Source of the DNA: Eledone cirrhosa
Lineage: Eukaryota
Assembly: GCA_964016885.1 (NCBI GenBank)
Contig: OZ024747.1
Span: 36,084,001 to 36,148,000, forward strand
Reading direction: 5' to 3'
DNA: 64,000 nt
The notes beneath the pieces were generated by a model. The model saw nothing but the letters and a program-made list of their open reading frames with translations, was not told where the DNA came from and did no database searches. Shown in pieces: positions 37,600-49,931 of this stretch (within the stretch, counting starts at the first letter, position 1; the number at the start of each line of letters is the position of its first letter). The translations under genes and the position numbers were made by a program.

Positions 37600-38900
37600 T
37601 GGGAGGCTTGAAATTTAGACAAGGCTTTATGAAGGCAATTAGAAAATAATTCATTTTTTTTTGTTAATTAAGGTCTCATAATTATTAATAATCAACAGGG
37701 TCTCTATTGTAAAAAGCTCGCAGTTACTTGATATACTTGAGTTGCGGTAAATTCCACTAGTCCGAAGTTTCTTCCAAAAAATGGAGTATTTTAAATTCTT
37801 CTCTTTTAAGGACCATATAAGCTGTGATAAGGAAGTAGATGATTTCCTCTTGGAGTTCGAAAATGAACATTTATGGTTCGCAAATCTGGCTTTAAATGTA
37901 GAAGACGTCAATCCTATCTAGTTGTATGTGTTGTAATCAGTTTTTACTGTGCATTTATACACCAAATTACTATATAAACAATTAATTGCAGAGGGCAATC
38001 AATTTTATTTCTACAATTACATTTTGGTTTATTATCTATTTATGTTAACGTTATTATTAAGATTATTATGTTGCTTCGGCGTTAGAATTTTAGTGTTTAA
38101 TTTAGCAATGTGTTGGGCCATATTCATAGTTGTAGAATAAGACAATTTAATGGTGTGTCTTTTAAAAATGGAATGGTATTTATGTTGAGTAGGGAAAGAG
38201 GTATCCAAAGCATTAAAGAATAATTTTGCAATTGGGGTTCTAACTGCTACCGAAGAAGGGGATGGGGTAAACCATATGACTGATTTAGTTCTAGTTCTTT
38301 TCCTCAGTTTGTTTGGCGTACGGGTGTTTAACTTATAATTATTAGAGTTTTGTTTATATATGCCATTATTTTTATCAGGGTTAAAACTTGGATTCTTATT
38401 ATCTACATATTCTATATTTTTCTCATATCCTGCTGTTTTAACGCATTATTGTACTATGCTGCACTATCATCAAATATAGCTTTATTAGCTGATATTCTAT
38501 TAATGCGTTTTTGCACACTATTTACTATAGCTCTTTTTACAGACTTTGGGTGATTGGAATGGTTACTCACATAGTTTAAGTTTTTATTGGGCTTAAGAAA
38601 ATGGAAATAAAATCCAGAGTTTAAGTTAAGCGTAACGTCTAGGAAATTAACTATTTTGGTACCATTTTCTACTTCTAACTTAAGGTATGTAATGTATCAT
38701 TATATTTTGTCTGATGAGGACGTACTGTTGTACTTCTGAAATATGTATAATGAAATTTAATTGATCAAAATAACATCCATTTTATTAATATTTATATTTT
38801 AATATTAATAACTCTGGAAAATATTTAACTGTAGAGTGCTTCCAATCTACTGTAAAACTTATTCTTTGATGTACTCATTGAATCTTGTTTAAATCTTTAA
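37600..38900 (-). mobile_element. Decayed Penelope-like element (RT C-terminus + GIY-YIG) with inverted pLTR at its 5' end
   Basis: Minus strand: VNFLDVTLNLN..KPN..SNHP; CPL..CLYSNLVYKC..IGLTSSTFKARFANHKCSF..LSQLIWSLK. Plus-strand HHR and tail at 38700-38900 end in (TA)n. Confidence 0.8.
38705..38755 (+). ncRNA. Minimal hammerhead, family H
   Basis: ttttgt-CTGATGA-ggacgtac-tgtt-gtacttct-GAAA-tatgta-TA-atgaaa. Confidence 0.65.
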
Positions 38901-39009
38901 TATATATATATATATATATAGTAATAATAATAAATTTGAAGACTAAAATCCAAAGAGGGCTCGATATATCAAATATATTAGAACCGTAGAGCAAATATTT
39001 ATTAAAATA

Positions 39010-39085
39010 ACAGATTAAAGTTTAAGCAAAGGATCGCTGCTTTCACCCTTAACGGGATCTTCTGAAACTAACAAAGTCAATCTGT
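39010..39085 (-). ncRNA. Type I hammerhead, family F (U4A core)
   Basis: Reverse complement of 39274-39349 with 2 substitutions. Confidence 0.68.
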
Positions 39086-39273
39086 AAATGACTTCTTTTA
39101 TACCATAAATGTGGTTCTGTCTTTGCGCGTAATTGTTTTTCATCGCTCCTATTAATGACGTATTATATTCGTTTTTTCCCGTTCTTTGCCAGGGAACGTT
39201 TCCACGAACCAAAGTATCGTCTTCCTGTCTTCCTCCGGTTGCAACGTTTTTTGAAATATCCACTTCTGCGTTT

Positions 39274-39349
39274 ACAGATTGACTCTGTTAGTTTCAGAAG
39301 ATCCCGTTAAGGGTGAAAGCAGCGATTCTTTGCTTAAACTTTAATCTGT
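39274..39349 (+). ncRNA. Type I hammerhead, family F (U4A core, bulged stem I)
   Basis: acagatt-gactctgtt-agttt-CAGAAGA-tccc-gttaa-gggt-GAAA-gca-gcgattctt-tgc-TT-aaact-tt-aatctgt. Confidence 0.7.
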
Positions 39350-39486
39350 TATTTTAATATATATATATATATAAAATAATTTATTGCTAGCATTGTTGAT
39401 ATTGTTGTTAATGTTCTAACTGAATGCCATTACTACTACATATAGTAGCCTGTATATTCTGTGCATGCCTGTATATTATCTTTATT

Positions 39487-39606
39487 CTCGCAAGCTCCGA
39501 TGAACTGACTAGTTATAATTTTGTTTTGGCGATCGAGTAACGCGAAAATAAGCGGATAGCGATCTCTAGACCTACCAATTCAGAGAAACAATTGTTAGCA
39601 ATGAGA
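39487..39606 (+). ncRNA. Type I hammerhead, family I (U4C core, long stem II) in a solo pLTR-like repeat
   Basis: ctc..gct-CCGATGA-a-ctga...tcag-a-GAAA-caattg-TT-agc..gag, then attaaa. Confidence 0.6.
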
Positions 39607-40080
39607 TTAAAAAACTGTTTTGTATAGCAAACCGTGTCACTCTTCTTTCCTGATTTATTATATATATATATATTTATTTATTTATGTTTTAACATTATAA
39701 TTCATGAGTTTTCACTCGGTCTTCATATTTGTAATTATGCCTATCTTGGTTGTTATTTTTTTTTCTATGCAAAATATGAAACATTTGGACATAATATCTA
39801 ATAAATACTTTACATTTCAAATGATTATAATCGCTTTTAGTCTTTTTTAAAAAATATAATCCTCAATTTATGGTTTCCCTTAGCTTCTTTGAAAATCATT
39901 TTTTTTTTCATATCTTTCTCGATTTTTCAAATAAATATATCACCACTAACGCATTCTCCATAAAGTTGTAAAACAAAGTTAGTAAGTGATACAAGGCCTT
40001 ATGAGATGTAAACCAGAGTAAAATTGTTAAACATCGCTCTTTTAATTGAGAATGCAGCAAATGTTTATTTTACTCTAAAA

Positions 40081-40365
40081 TCAATCCTGGCCAACCGGAG
40101 GTCTGAGCCTTGAGAGCTGGAAGGGCTCTTCCAGCGCATCTCCCTTACCATCCTCCGGGGAAATGCCTTCTCCATCCTCTCTGCCGGGGCTGTGGGGAAG
40201 CCAGCACGTGCGACCCCATTTGCTCACCTTACAGAGAGATGGGGAGGGTGACAGAGATGGAGGTGATGACAGTGGGAGTTCGTCTCTTCCACGTTCATAC
40301 CATATCCTTGAGGTTGTGTTCATTAAGCAGTTAATGAGTCTTTCTGTACAGATTAGGGTGTAAAA
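40081..40365 (+). mobile_element. 3' tip of a CRE-clade (restriction-like endonuclease) non-LTR retrotransposon
   Basis: 40126-40188 translates LFQRISLTILRGNAFSILSAG, matching the CRE C-terminal L.QR.S..I.RGNA motif; GC-rich island. Confidence 0.7.
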
Positions 40366-40469
40366 TATTTAGAAATATATCAGACTTACTGTTGTTGTTA
40401 CTGTCACTATTGGTGTTACTTTTGGTGATGTTGTTATCCTGAGTTGCAGTATTTCTAATTTAAAGGGGT

Positions 40470-41000
40470 TTAGCAGAAATGCTAGAACATTGGCTAGTAT
40501 GCATTGTTTTATTCTTTTCGTGACACCTCACTCTCTGTTCAAATACAACGAGATCATATTTATCTTTACTTTGCAAGTTCCATGAAGTTTATTAGCCACG
40601 AGTGGCTTATGAAGAAGAACATACCAAGGAGTATGTCCTGGTTCCTACGTTTCGAATTCATTGTTAACTCATGATTTTTTTCTATTCTTTTATCCAATAT
40701 ACTTCAAAATAACATATAGCAGGTTGTATTTGATCTGAAAGTCGCCCGTCCATAAGGTCCCTTCCTCTCCTGTTAGATGTAAGATTTTGTGATATTTGCA
40801 GTCGTTACATGTTTGAATGAACGTGGAATCTCGTTTGTTATATAATGCTCTAAATGAGGATGGGCTGAGGCATGTTTTACCTTGTGTTCTTAACCAGCCA
40901 CCTAGTTCTAGATACCTATAGACAGTTCTAGATACCTATAGACAGGCTGCATCTCAGTTTGCAACCGTTATACTGCTTTTCCTGTTTTTTTCTATGATAG
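40470..41000 (-). mobile_element. Possible R4/Dong-type LINE remnant
   Basis: Fragmentary minus-strand motifs YRYLE, (S)DQI, a C..H-like segment and N..PDI-like segment; heavily decayed. Confidence 0.3.
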
Positions 41001-41398
41001 TTACTTTGAATATCACTTTAATCATATGAAGTAAGATTTAGATCTTAAAAACAGTCGAGCTACCAGCCTTCAAGTAAAGCATTTAAAAAATGACAGAGAC
41101 CAGACTCTATTATCTAAAAACAATATGAGACTGTGACGAATCTGTATATTTTCATTATTGGTTTTTCTCCATCATATCTACTTACTGTTCTGTAAATCTC
41201 CACACTTACATTTTAATTCCTTTTTGTGCCTTTTAATCTAATCAGGTTAACATATTCTCCTTATTTCCACCTCGCAAAACAGAGTAAAGTACATCTTTAG
41301 AAGATTCACACAAATACTCACATACACGCATATGCATACACACAAATTTGTGTATGTACACACACACACACACACACACACATACACACACACATACA

Positions 41399-41477
<79 letters not shown>

Positions 41478-42549
41478 TCTCAAACAAGGTTGTTCTAGTT
41501 TGCAGAATCGAAATATATTCAAGCAATGTATTTTATATTTTTTATTGGTAAGTCGAACAACGTGATAGTGTCATTGAAAACATTATTAGATTTATCATCT
41601 AACGTTGTCCTTCGATTTTTACATGGAACAAAGAAAACCAGCGAAACTTTATTAAATAGTTATTTACAAGATACAACAGTTGAAATTTTAAGATCGATAC
41701 GAAATGATTAAATTGAAAATTGTGCAGTTATTTTTCATATATGCTTTATTTTATTCACATGTTTCTTTCCATTAGTAGAAATCTTTTTATAACCTCTTCT
41801 ATTTTTTATATATAAAAGGAAGAAAATCGATAATTAAGAAAGAACTGTCAAATTTATTTGCTTTGTTGCTGTTGTTACTTTTGCTATTTGTATTGATGTT
41901 GTTTTATTTTGGTTTGTCTTATTTGAAATTTGTTAGCTAAAATAATCAATATATCTGTATTTGTTTTGTATCCAGATTTACTGGAAATTATTGTTTCTCA
42001 AGTTACTTTCAGTTTGGGCCATTCCCACTGGGATTTTTCCAGGTTCATGGTTGCATACTTTCATTTTCAATTTATACTATTTTTTTTCTTAATGTTGAGA
42101 AATAAAACAACAGTTCAGAATACAAAATATTTTATGGCAGTGTATATCTAACTAGCGAATTATTGTCTGATATAGTGTGCATATGCTTAAGCTATCTCAT
42201 AGTTTAACGACCGGCTATTGTATTTTTCATTATCTTATGGAAATAATGGCAATAGAAGCATGTACGTTTTACTTCAAATTGATAAAATGTTTTTTATTGT
42301 GTTTCATGTGCAAATTGGGTACCATAATAAGGATATTCTAATAACGTTTTTCGCTTTGTTATTTGTATATAGATGGTTTATGTCACTATTGTTAAGGATG
42401 TAGCCACCAGCAGGACATTATAATATATTATCAAAACTTCCATCTTAATATGATATAATGGTCGTCATACATGCAGAGATTGTAGAGGTACATTTGGTTC
42501 ATATCTGTATGCCTACAAATATAACTTTCTATATGATAGACATACACGC

Positions 42550-42647
<98 letters not shown>

Positions 42648-43174
42648 ACACAACCACACACACACTCACATACATACATATACATTATGTATGTATGTAT
42701 GTATGTATATAGGTAGGTATGAATATACATACCGTACTTGAGTGGGGAAAGAGAATATGACAGAAAGTTCAAGAAACACTTGATGTGTGTAAGCTGTTCT
42801 ATATTCAATGAATTACTTAGTGCAGTTATTAATAAATACGCGCATTGCTTTAATTTCTTCTTAACTCCATCTTGAAATATATTAGAATAAACAGTATTAA
42901 CGTGATACGCTTCTGTTGGAATATTATATTGTCGAAATGAATTAAATAAAGCAGAATTTCACTCTAGGCTATATGTAATAATATTATACATTATTGTACT
43001 GGCTGGTGTGATTTACATTATCATCTACGTTTACCTTACTAAATATCAATAACTTTATTGAATATTAAAACAATTAATTCATGTTTGAAGGTAGATGATG
43101 TTATATTTCTTCGTGGCCATTGTTAACATAGATATTTAATAATACTTGAATATCAATCTAAGCCTTCGAGATTA

Positions 43175-43283
43175 AGATTATATGACAAGTTATGATTAAC
43201 CAATTCCGAAAAACACTAAGAGCGTTTGCCTACCTTTTGATATGTTCAGTTCTTGGGCGATAGAATGGCCATCATATGTATTG

Positions 43284-43351
<68 letters not shown>

Positions 43352-43461
43352 CAATACATATGATGGCCATTCTATCGCCCAAGAACTGAACATATCAAAA
43401 GGTAAGCAAACGCTCTTAGTGTTTTTCGGAATTGGTTAATCAGAACTTGTCATATAATCTT
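43175..43461. repeat. Inverted repeat with (TA)n as its spacer
   Basis: ~108-bp arms 43175-43283 / 43350-43461 with 2-3 mismatches. Confidence 0.9.
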
Positions 43462-44361
43462 ATAAGCGTTATGTAACAACACTCACAGACAAGGCTTGGC
43501 AGCTGAGCGAAAATAACCAACAATTTAACCTAAAATGGGATATAATATTTATACCCCTGCATATTTCCAAGCACAGGAACTTTGTAAATTGTGTTATATG
43601 GAATTATTTTGTATTATGAAATCCAAAAATATTTTATTAAATAACAGAATAGAGCGATCGTTATAGTGTAACCATCGCTTGAAATCTACATTTTCATATT
43701 AAAAACGCTACCAGTATTGAACGCCTGTCTCCATCTCCGTTTGATTGTCAAAATACATATTAACATTCTCTATGAGTCTTAATTCTATCAAGTCTTCTAT
43801 TCTTTACCATTTAATACACACTGCTATAGATAAAATGAGATTTCTTAATTCAATTCCCTAATGCATATACCAGCAGGCCACCAGCATTGTTGTTATACAG
43901 TAGCAGTGAAAATCTCCTCCCTTAATTGACACTTTATATCTATTAATACTACTACACCAAACCACCAGCCCTGTCCATTGTTCAATTGGTCAAGTATAGA
44001 TTAAAATAGGCACTCCCAAAAATTCTTATTTAGATAAAATAAGCCATATACTCATTGTATTCTCATTAGAAACCTTCTATATACTTCTTTACCAGTAAAT
44101 TGAATTACCATCTGTCATATACTATCCCCTCTCTTCATCCTTTCTTACAACTAATATAAATACTTCAATGTTTCTGATATTTTCCAATTTATCCAATATC
44201 TCCGAAGAAGGGACAACTGATTATAAATTTGCTATCGAATACTTGCTAACATTATATGATTACGCAATCAGCGATACATAGGTATTCCGTCTGTTACAGA
44301 AACATGTTCAATACCTAATAAATTCCTTTATAAAAGCACTTTCATTTTATATTCATCTTTT

Positions 44362-44365
<4 letters not shown>
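43462..44365 (+). mobile_element. Decayed PLE GIY-YIG C-terminus plus 3' UTR
   Basis: ..AWQLSENNQQFNLKWDII..CKLCYMELFCI..LLNNR.E, matching the GIY-YIG tails at ~19400 and ~37700. Confidence 0.6.
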
Positions 44366-44412
<47 letters not shown>

Positions 44413-44581
44413 ATCTTCGCTGTGTGGATGATTAGCTTAACCACCATCTCAGTGTGTTTGGCATTTAACGTAAGTTTTAAGCTCTAATTCATTTGAATTA
44501 TTGAGCGCTTGCCTCACAATTCGAAAGTGTTTTCTCGTTATTTCATGGGCTGGAATTCGATTCTCGCTAATTTTTACTTGT

Positions 44582-45240
<659 letters not shown>

Positions 45241-45410
45241 TATATATATATGTGTGTGTGTCTGTGTATGTGTGCGTGCTCGCGTATGTGTGTGTATGCC
45301 GCGTGTGTTTACGTGTGTGTACACACAAGTAGGTCTATTTACTCCGGGGTATACTTATGATAACGAGTTACAATTCAACAGGCTATAATTTGCTTCATTT
45401 ATTCATAATC

Positions 45411-45469
45411 GCTGTTATATATATTTCGATGATAACTGTTATGCAACAGTTATGACCGCATCAGACAGC
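45411..45469 (-). ncRNA. Hammerhead, family J (A9C mutation)
   Basis: Minus strand: gctgt-CTGATGC-ggt-cataactgtt-gcat-aacagttatc-atc-GAAA-tatata-TA-acagc, then aataaa. Confidence 0.62.
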
Positions 45470-46884
45470 TGAAAATTGATTTCCCCGAATATACCTGTAA
45501 GGACCGTATGATCTTGATTGTATTTAGGTTTATGAATAGATTATCCTATTGCATAGAGAGTCTCATCACTAAGAAAAAATGATTATCAATTTCCTTGTGT
45601 CTGAAGAAGAAATATGCCCACTTTTTGTTTTTAGTGTTGGTTATATTTACTGTGCATTTTTCATGATCCTATTGAATATATCTCTGTTTATCATGATCAT
45701 AAACACTTATTCCCCTTTACAAATTTATTCAGAATATTTCATTTGTATATATAGCAATTTTATTATTTTCCTATGATATGTAAATACGCATCATGATAAC
45801 TAGTATTCTCCTAAACAAGATCTTAATAATCGAAATTTGTTCTAATATAAGTGCACGAAACATCAAATTAAAATTGTATGATCAACCAATTTCCCCCTGG
45901 GAAAAACTCCAGTGCTTAATCGATAGATCATTGCATATATGACATCGAACCATTGTCAGTAATCATTTGTTGCAGAAAGGTTAATGCAAAATATGTAGCA
46001 TGGTGAAAGTTATTACATTATTGACATTTTAATACTCATGTTATCCAAACAACGATAACCGTCATATTTATTATTGCTGTACTTCAAAACGTGATCATAT
46101 ATCAATATGTGTGTCTCTGCATAACATATTACGCTTCAGAAGATCATTGTATTAAGATAAACGAAGTATCAAGGCGTTTACATCTTTCGATATCTTAGCA
46201 ATCTTTCGAGGAATTTAGATTATATATATTTATTTTAAAAGTTTTCAAACATAATTTATCATTCGCCATTTCCTGACATTTTTCATTTCATACAATAAAC
46301 GAAGCTGAGAGATAATTCATAGAAAGGGATTAAATGCTATATGAAAGACAATACATATTTTACATGTTCCAAGTCTTCTCACTGTTAGGCATGTGTCATT
46401 TGATTTCTAGCAGTAATCATTTAATTTCTCCATAAATTTGAGATACATAACGTTACACTAAGAAATGTCATCCAAGGTAGATACGATATCTGAGGGGAAA
46501 CCTAATATTAAATCATTCCAGTGATTGCACATCTTCTCATATAAATATCTCTAAACTGATATATTCGTAGATTCCTTGAAGTTGTATATTACTTCATATC
46601 AAAGTAGAATATTTTCAAAATTTTCAAATTGAAACGTGCAGTGCAAATCTCTTATGGAAACATATTGCCGATTGCATAAGATATTGCGCATTAGCTGTAA
46701 ACCGCTATATATAAAAAAATACTTGACTAAATAAAACTGCTGTTTGGGGAACATGTATATAGGATATACGGCATAGAATTTAAAGAATATTATCTGAAAA
46801 AAAAAGAACTAACTTTGTTAAGACGAGGCATCAGCAAAGGGGACGATTTGCGTTTGTTTCTACTTCATGGAACATTGGGCAAAT

Positions 46885-47270
46885 ACTTAATAACTGTTTC
46901 TCCTTTAGGCACAAGACCAGCAATTAACCAGTGCATTACTGGTACTTTATTTTATCGACCCCGTAAGGATAAAAGGCAAAGTCAACCTCGGCGGGATTTG
47001 AACTCATAGTTACGTAAAGGGACGTAACTATGCTGGAAAGCATGGTGTCTGACCCTCTACCGATACTGCCATACTTAATAATTATTTCTACTTTAGGCAC
47101 AAGGCCAGCAATTATCCAGTGCATTACTGGTACTTTATTTTATCGACCCCCGTAAGGATGAAAGGCAAAGTCAACCTCGGCGGGATTTGAACTCAGATCG
47201 TAACGGGACGTAACTATGCTGGAAAGCATGGCGTCCGACCCTCTACCGATACTGCCAATCCACCGCCCTA
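46885..47270 (-). mobile_element. Two tandem SINE copies
   Basis: Reverse complement of the SINE consensus. Confidence 0.85.
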
Positions 47271-47374
47271 CTGCCATATTTAATAATGAAGCCAAACAAT
47301 GCATTGTTAGGTATAATTTTGCTGGAAGCAATTTCACAAAAAGAGGAGCATCATATATATATATATATATATAT

Positions 47375-47380
47375 ATAAAA

Positions 47381-47424
<44 letters not shown>

Positions 47425-48067
47425 GTGTTTTGCAACGGGTCACTTTGTGGCTGAATGAAAAATTAATAAATTAAATAATCAGAGCTATATATCATAAAAA
47501 TTGTCTATAGAATCACCAGATAAAATATATACCATTTCCTCTCCCAATGAGATACACATTTGGCTGTATTGTGATGCGCTTTCTAGCAAAAAAGCCGCCA
47601 GCCGTAAGCAAATAACCACATTCCTTCTAACCTGACCGCTGCTACGTCACGATTCTTAGCCATTTTTGAATGTATTCTTGGCGGAATCACTTGGGAAAAT
47701 GTATTGTCTAAATTTGAGCTAACTTCCTGAAGAGTCCTGTGCTCAAGGTTCTGAAGCTATCGGATATCTTAAAATGCGGACGAAACCATGGTCGAGGTTA
47801 TTAAATGCGTTCAATTTTCTCCTACTTTATTTTACACCTAATTCTGTTTAATTGACTGTATATATCTGGGCGATTACGCTGTCGAAATATTCGATAAATA
47901 TTCTGTCGTAGCCGGTGCGATGGGCTGGTTTCGGTTATTTGTTGGAGATTTCTTCATAGAAGCCTTATTCTTCTAGCTTGGTCTATTCGATTTTTTATAT
48001 GGCTAATTATGCTAATTGGGAGAGGAAATGGTATATATTTTATCTGGTGATTCTATAGACATGTTTT

Positions 48068-48070
<3 letters not shown>
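47375..48070 (+). mobile_element. Diverged copy of family A element with a short inverted 5' end
   Basis: Homologous to ~870-1408; ~47490-47548 is inverted relative to ~48014-48070; flanked by (TA)n. Confidence 0.85.
47721..47799 (+). ncRNA. Type I hammerhead, family A (canonical core, GUC site)
   Basis: aacttc-CTGAAGA-gtcc...ggac-GAAA-ccatgg-TC-gaggtt. Confidence 0.8.
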
Positions 48071-48134
<64 letters not shown>

Positions 48135-48168
48135 CACAATAATCAAAGCTATGTTCAAATCCTTTTAT

Positions 48169-48215
48169 TGCTGACAATCGTTTCTTCCAAACTATCGTAT
48201 TAAATCATCGGAACA
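48169..48215 (-). ncRNA. Minimal hammerhead, family K (U4C)
   Basis: Minus strand: tgtt-CCGATGA-tttaatacgatagtttggaa-GAAA-cgattg-TC-agca, then ataaa. Confidence 0.62.
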
Positions 48216-48982
48216 GTAGCAATATTTGTACATATAATTATCCTCCTGAACAATCATATAGATACATGGATATTAATATTGTCAACAACAGTTTCGTATT
48301 TACAGGGTGGAATTAGCTCCCCTTAATATAGATCAAACTCACTTCCGAAAATTAAACCATTAGTAAAATCACTCCACAGCAACCTGATGCCCTGATAGCA
48401 ATATAATAGGACCGGTGTACAATTCATGGCTGTGACTGATTAAAAACATTCACTAAAATAAAACATAGCCAATGTAATGGAAAAGATAGCAATAACATTC
48501 ATACTCTCAGCACATATACATTTGAACATTACAGAAACAACAGTCACACTACATCCAGCTTAAAGCCATAGTTTTAATACAAAAACAGCTTTGCCTGATA
48601 TGCTTATTTCATTTTGATACCTTTCCCTTGCAAACATTTATATATGCCTAATACCATTGCTTGTTTCCTTCCTGTATATGACTAATGCATTTGCACTCTC
48701 TTAACGCTTTCGTATGTACTGTTAGTGTCCTCGTTTTACGAGTAACTTTCTACCTTAATGCCTCTTTAATTGTTATACTATTCCATTATAATCTCTGCCG
48801 CTTGCATTCCACTTTGTACCTTTATAATTTTCAGTATTTAATTTTTAATTATTGCACAATTCTCTTCTAATCTATGTCGCATCCATTCCACCCTGTAAAT
48901 ACGAAACTGTTGTTGACAATATTAATATCCATATGATTATTCAGTTGAATAAGAGGTTAATTATATGTACAAACATTGCTAC

Positions 48983-49029
48983 TGCTCCGATGATTCCAAA
49001 TGATAGTTTGGAAGAAACGATTATCAACA
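48983..49029 (+). ncRNA. Minimal hammerhead, family K (U4C)
   Basis: tgct-CCGATGA-ttccaaa-tgatag-tttggaa-GAAA-cgatta-TC-aaca. Confidence 0.65.
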
Positions 49030-49194
49030 ATAAAATGATTGGAACATAGCTTTCATTATTGTGTAATTTATATTCCGGCCTTGTAAAACAACTCATGTAT
49101 TTACATTGAGGTATTTTTTCGTACTGATAATAAGGTAGTAATAAATTACTGACCTTCCCTGTTTATAGTTGTATACAGTGTATGCATAACTATA

Positions 49195-49236
<42 letters not shown>

Positions 49237-49284
49237 GACGTAAAATAAGAAAATTATAAAAATTAACTTGCTTAATAAAATTTC

Positions 49285-49367
49285 ACTCCAACTAATTAGT
49301 TTCTGAAAGGGAATAAACATCGTTTTCAAATGGAAAGCATGGACAAGCCGTTTCGTCATCAGGAAGT
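49285..49367 (-). ncRNA. Type I hammerhead, family L
   Basis: Reverse-complement copy of 49849-49931. Confidence 0.7.
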
Positions 49368-49848
49368 CTGTTCTCAGCTAAGTTACCAGAACAATTATAT
49401 GATGCAAAACAATTATATTAAAGACGTAAGTCAATTTTTATAATTTTTTTTATTTTACGTCTTTCATATAATTGTTCTGCATCTCCTTGCATTGAACCAC
49501 AAAGTTACTAAGACAAAACCTATATATATTGCTACCATAGGTATGCATCCGTATATATATGTTGGTAGATATACTAATTCTTTATAATTACTCCAAATTA
49601 TTTCGTTGAGCAAAACTTTGCCAAAACTGCTACTATAGTTCATAGTAATGGCTCGGCTACTGTCTTTTTAACTGATTAACCTCGATGTCACGTGATTGAT
49701 TCTTTTGAATTTGCCACCGACCAAGTAGGCAGTGATTTTTTTCAATGTCTTGGAATTTAGTCCACGCTTGCTTTTTTTCCATCCACTGAATTATTTTCGT
49801 ATAAGTTCCCTGTGTCAACGCATCGCCTGGTAACCTAGCTGAGAACAG

Positions 49849-49931
49849 ACTTCCTGATGACGAAACGGCTTCTCCATGCTTTCCATTTGGAAACCATGTT
49901 TATTCCCTTTCAGAAACTAATTAGTTGGAGT
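49849..49931 (+). ncRNA. Type I hammerhead, family L
   Basis: acttc-CTGATGA-c-gaaa...tttc-a-GAAA-ctaattag-TT-ggagt; palindromic stem III aactaattagtt. Confidence 0.72.

Larger units (their letters stand above)
38921..39360. mobile_element. Fold-back element (family F) between (TA)n tracts
   Basis: ~39000-39088 is inverted relative to ~39270-39359; the same family occurs at ~21780-21985, ~22810-23000 and ~52090-52320. Confidence 0.85.
48129..49200. mobile_element. Fold-back element (family K), ~185-bp arms with ~570-bp spacer plus tail
   Basis: 48129-48313 is inverted relative to ~48884-49070; flanked by (TA)n. Confidence 0.8.

Noticed and set aside
41976-42042. Possible host exon (IYWKLLFLKLLSVWAIPTGIFP, signal-peptide-like) after a pyrimidine-rich ..ccag
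   Set aside because: Weak donor (gttcat), no partner exons and no recognisable homology; needs RNA-seq.
44198-44315. CCGAAGA..GAAACATGTT at the end of a PLE 3' UTR
   Set aside because: The position is right for a pLTR HHR but stems I and II do not pair; not counted.
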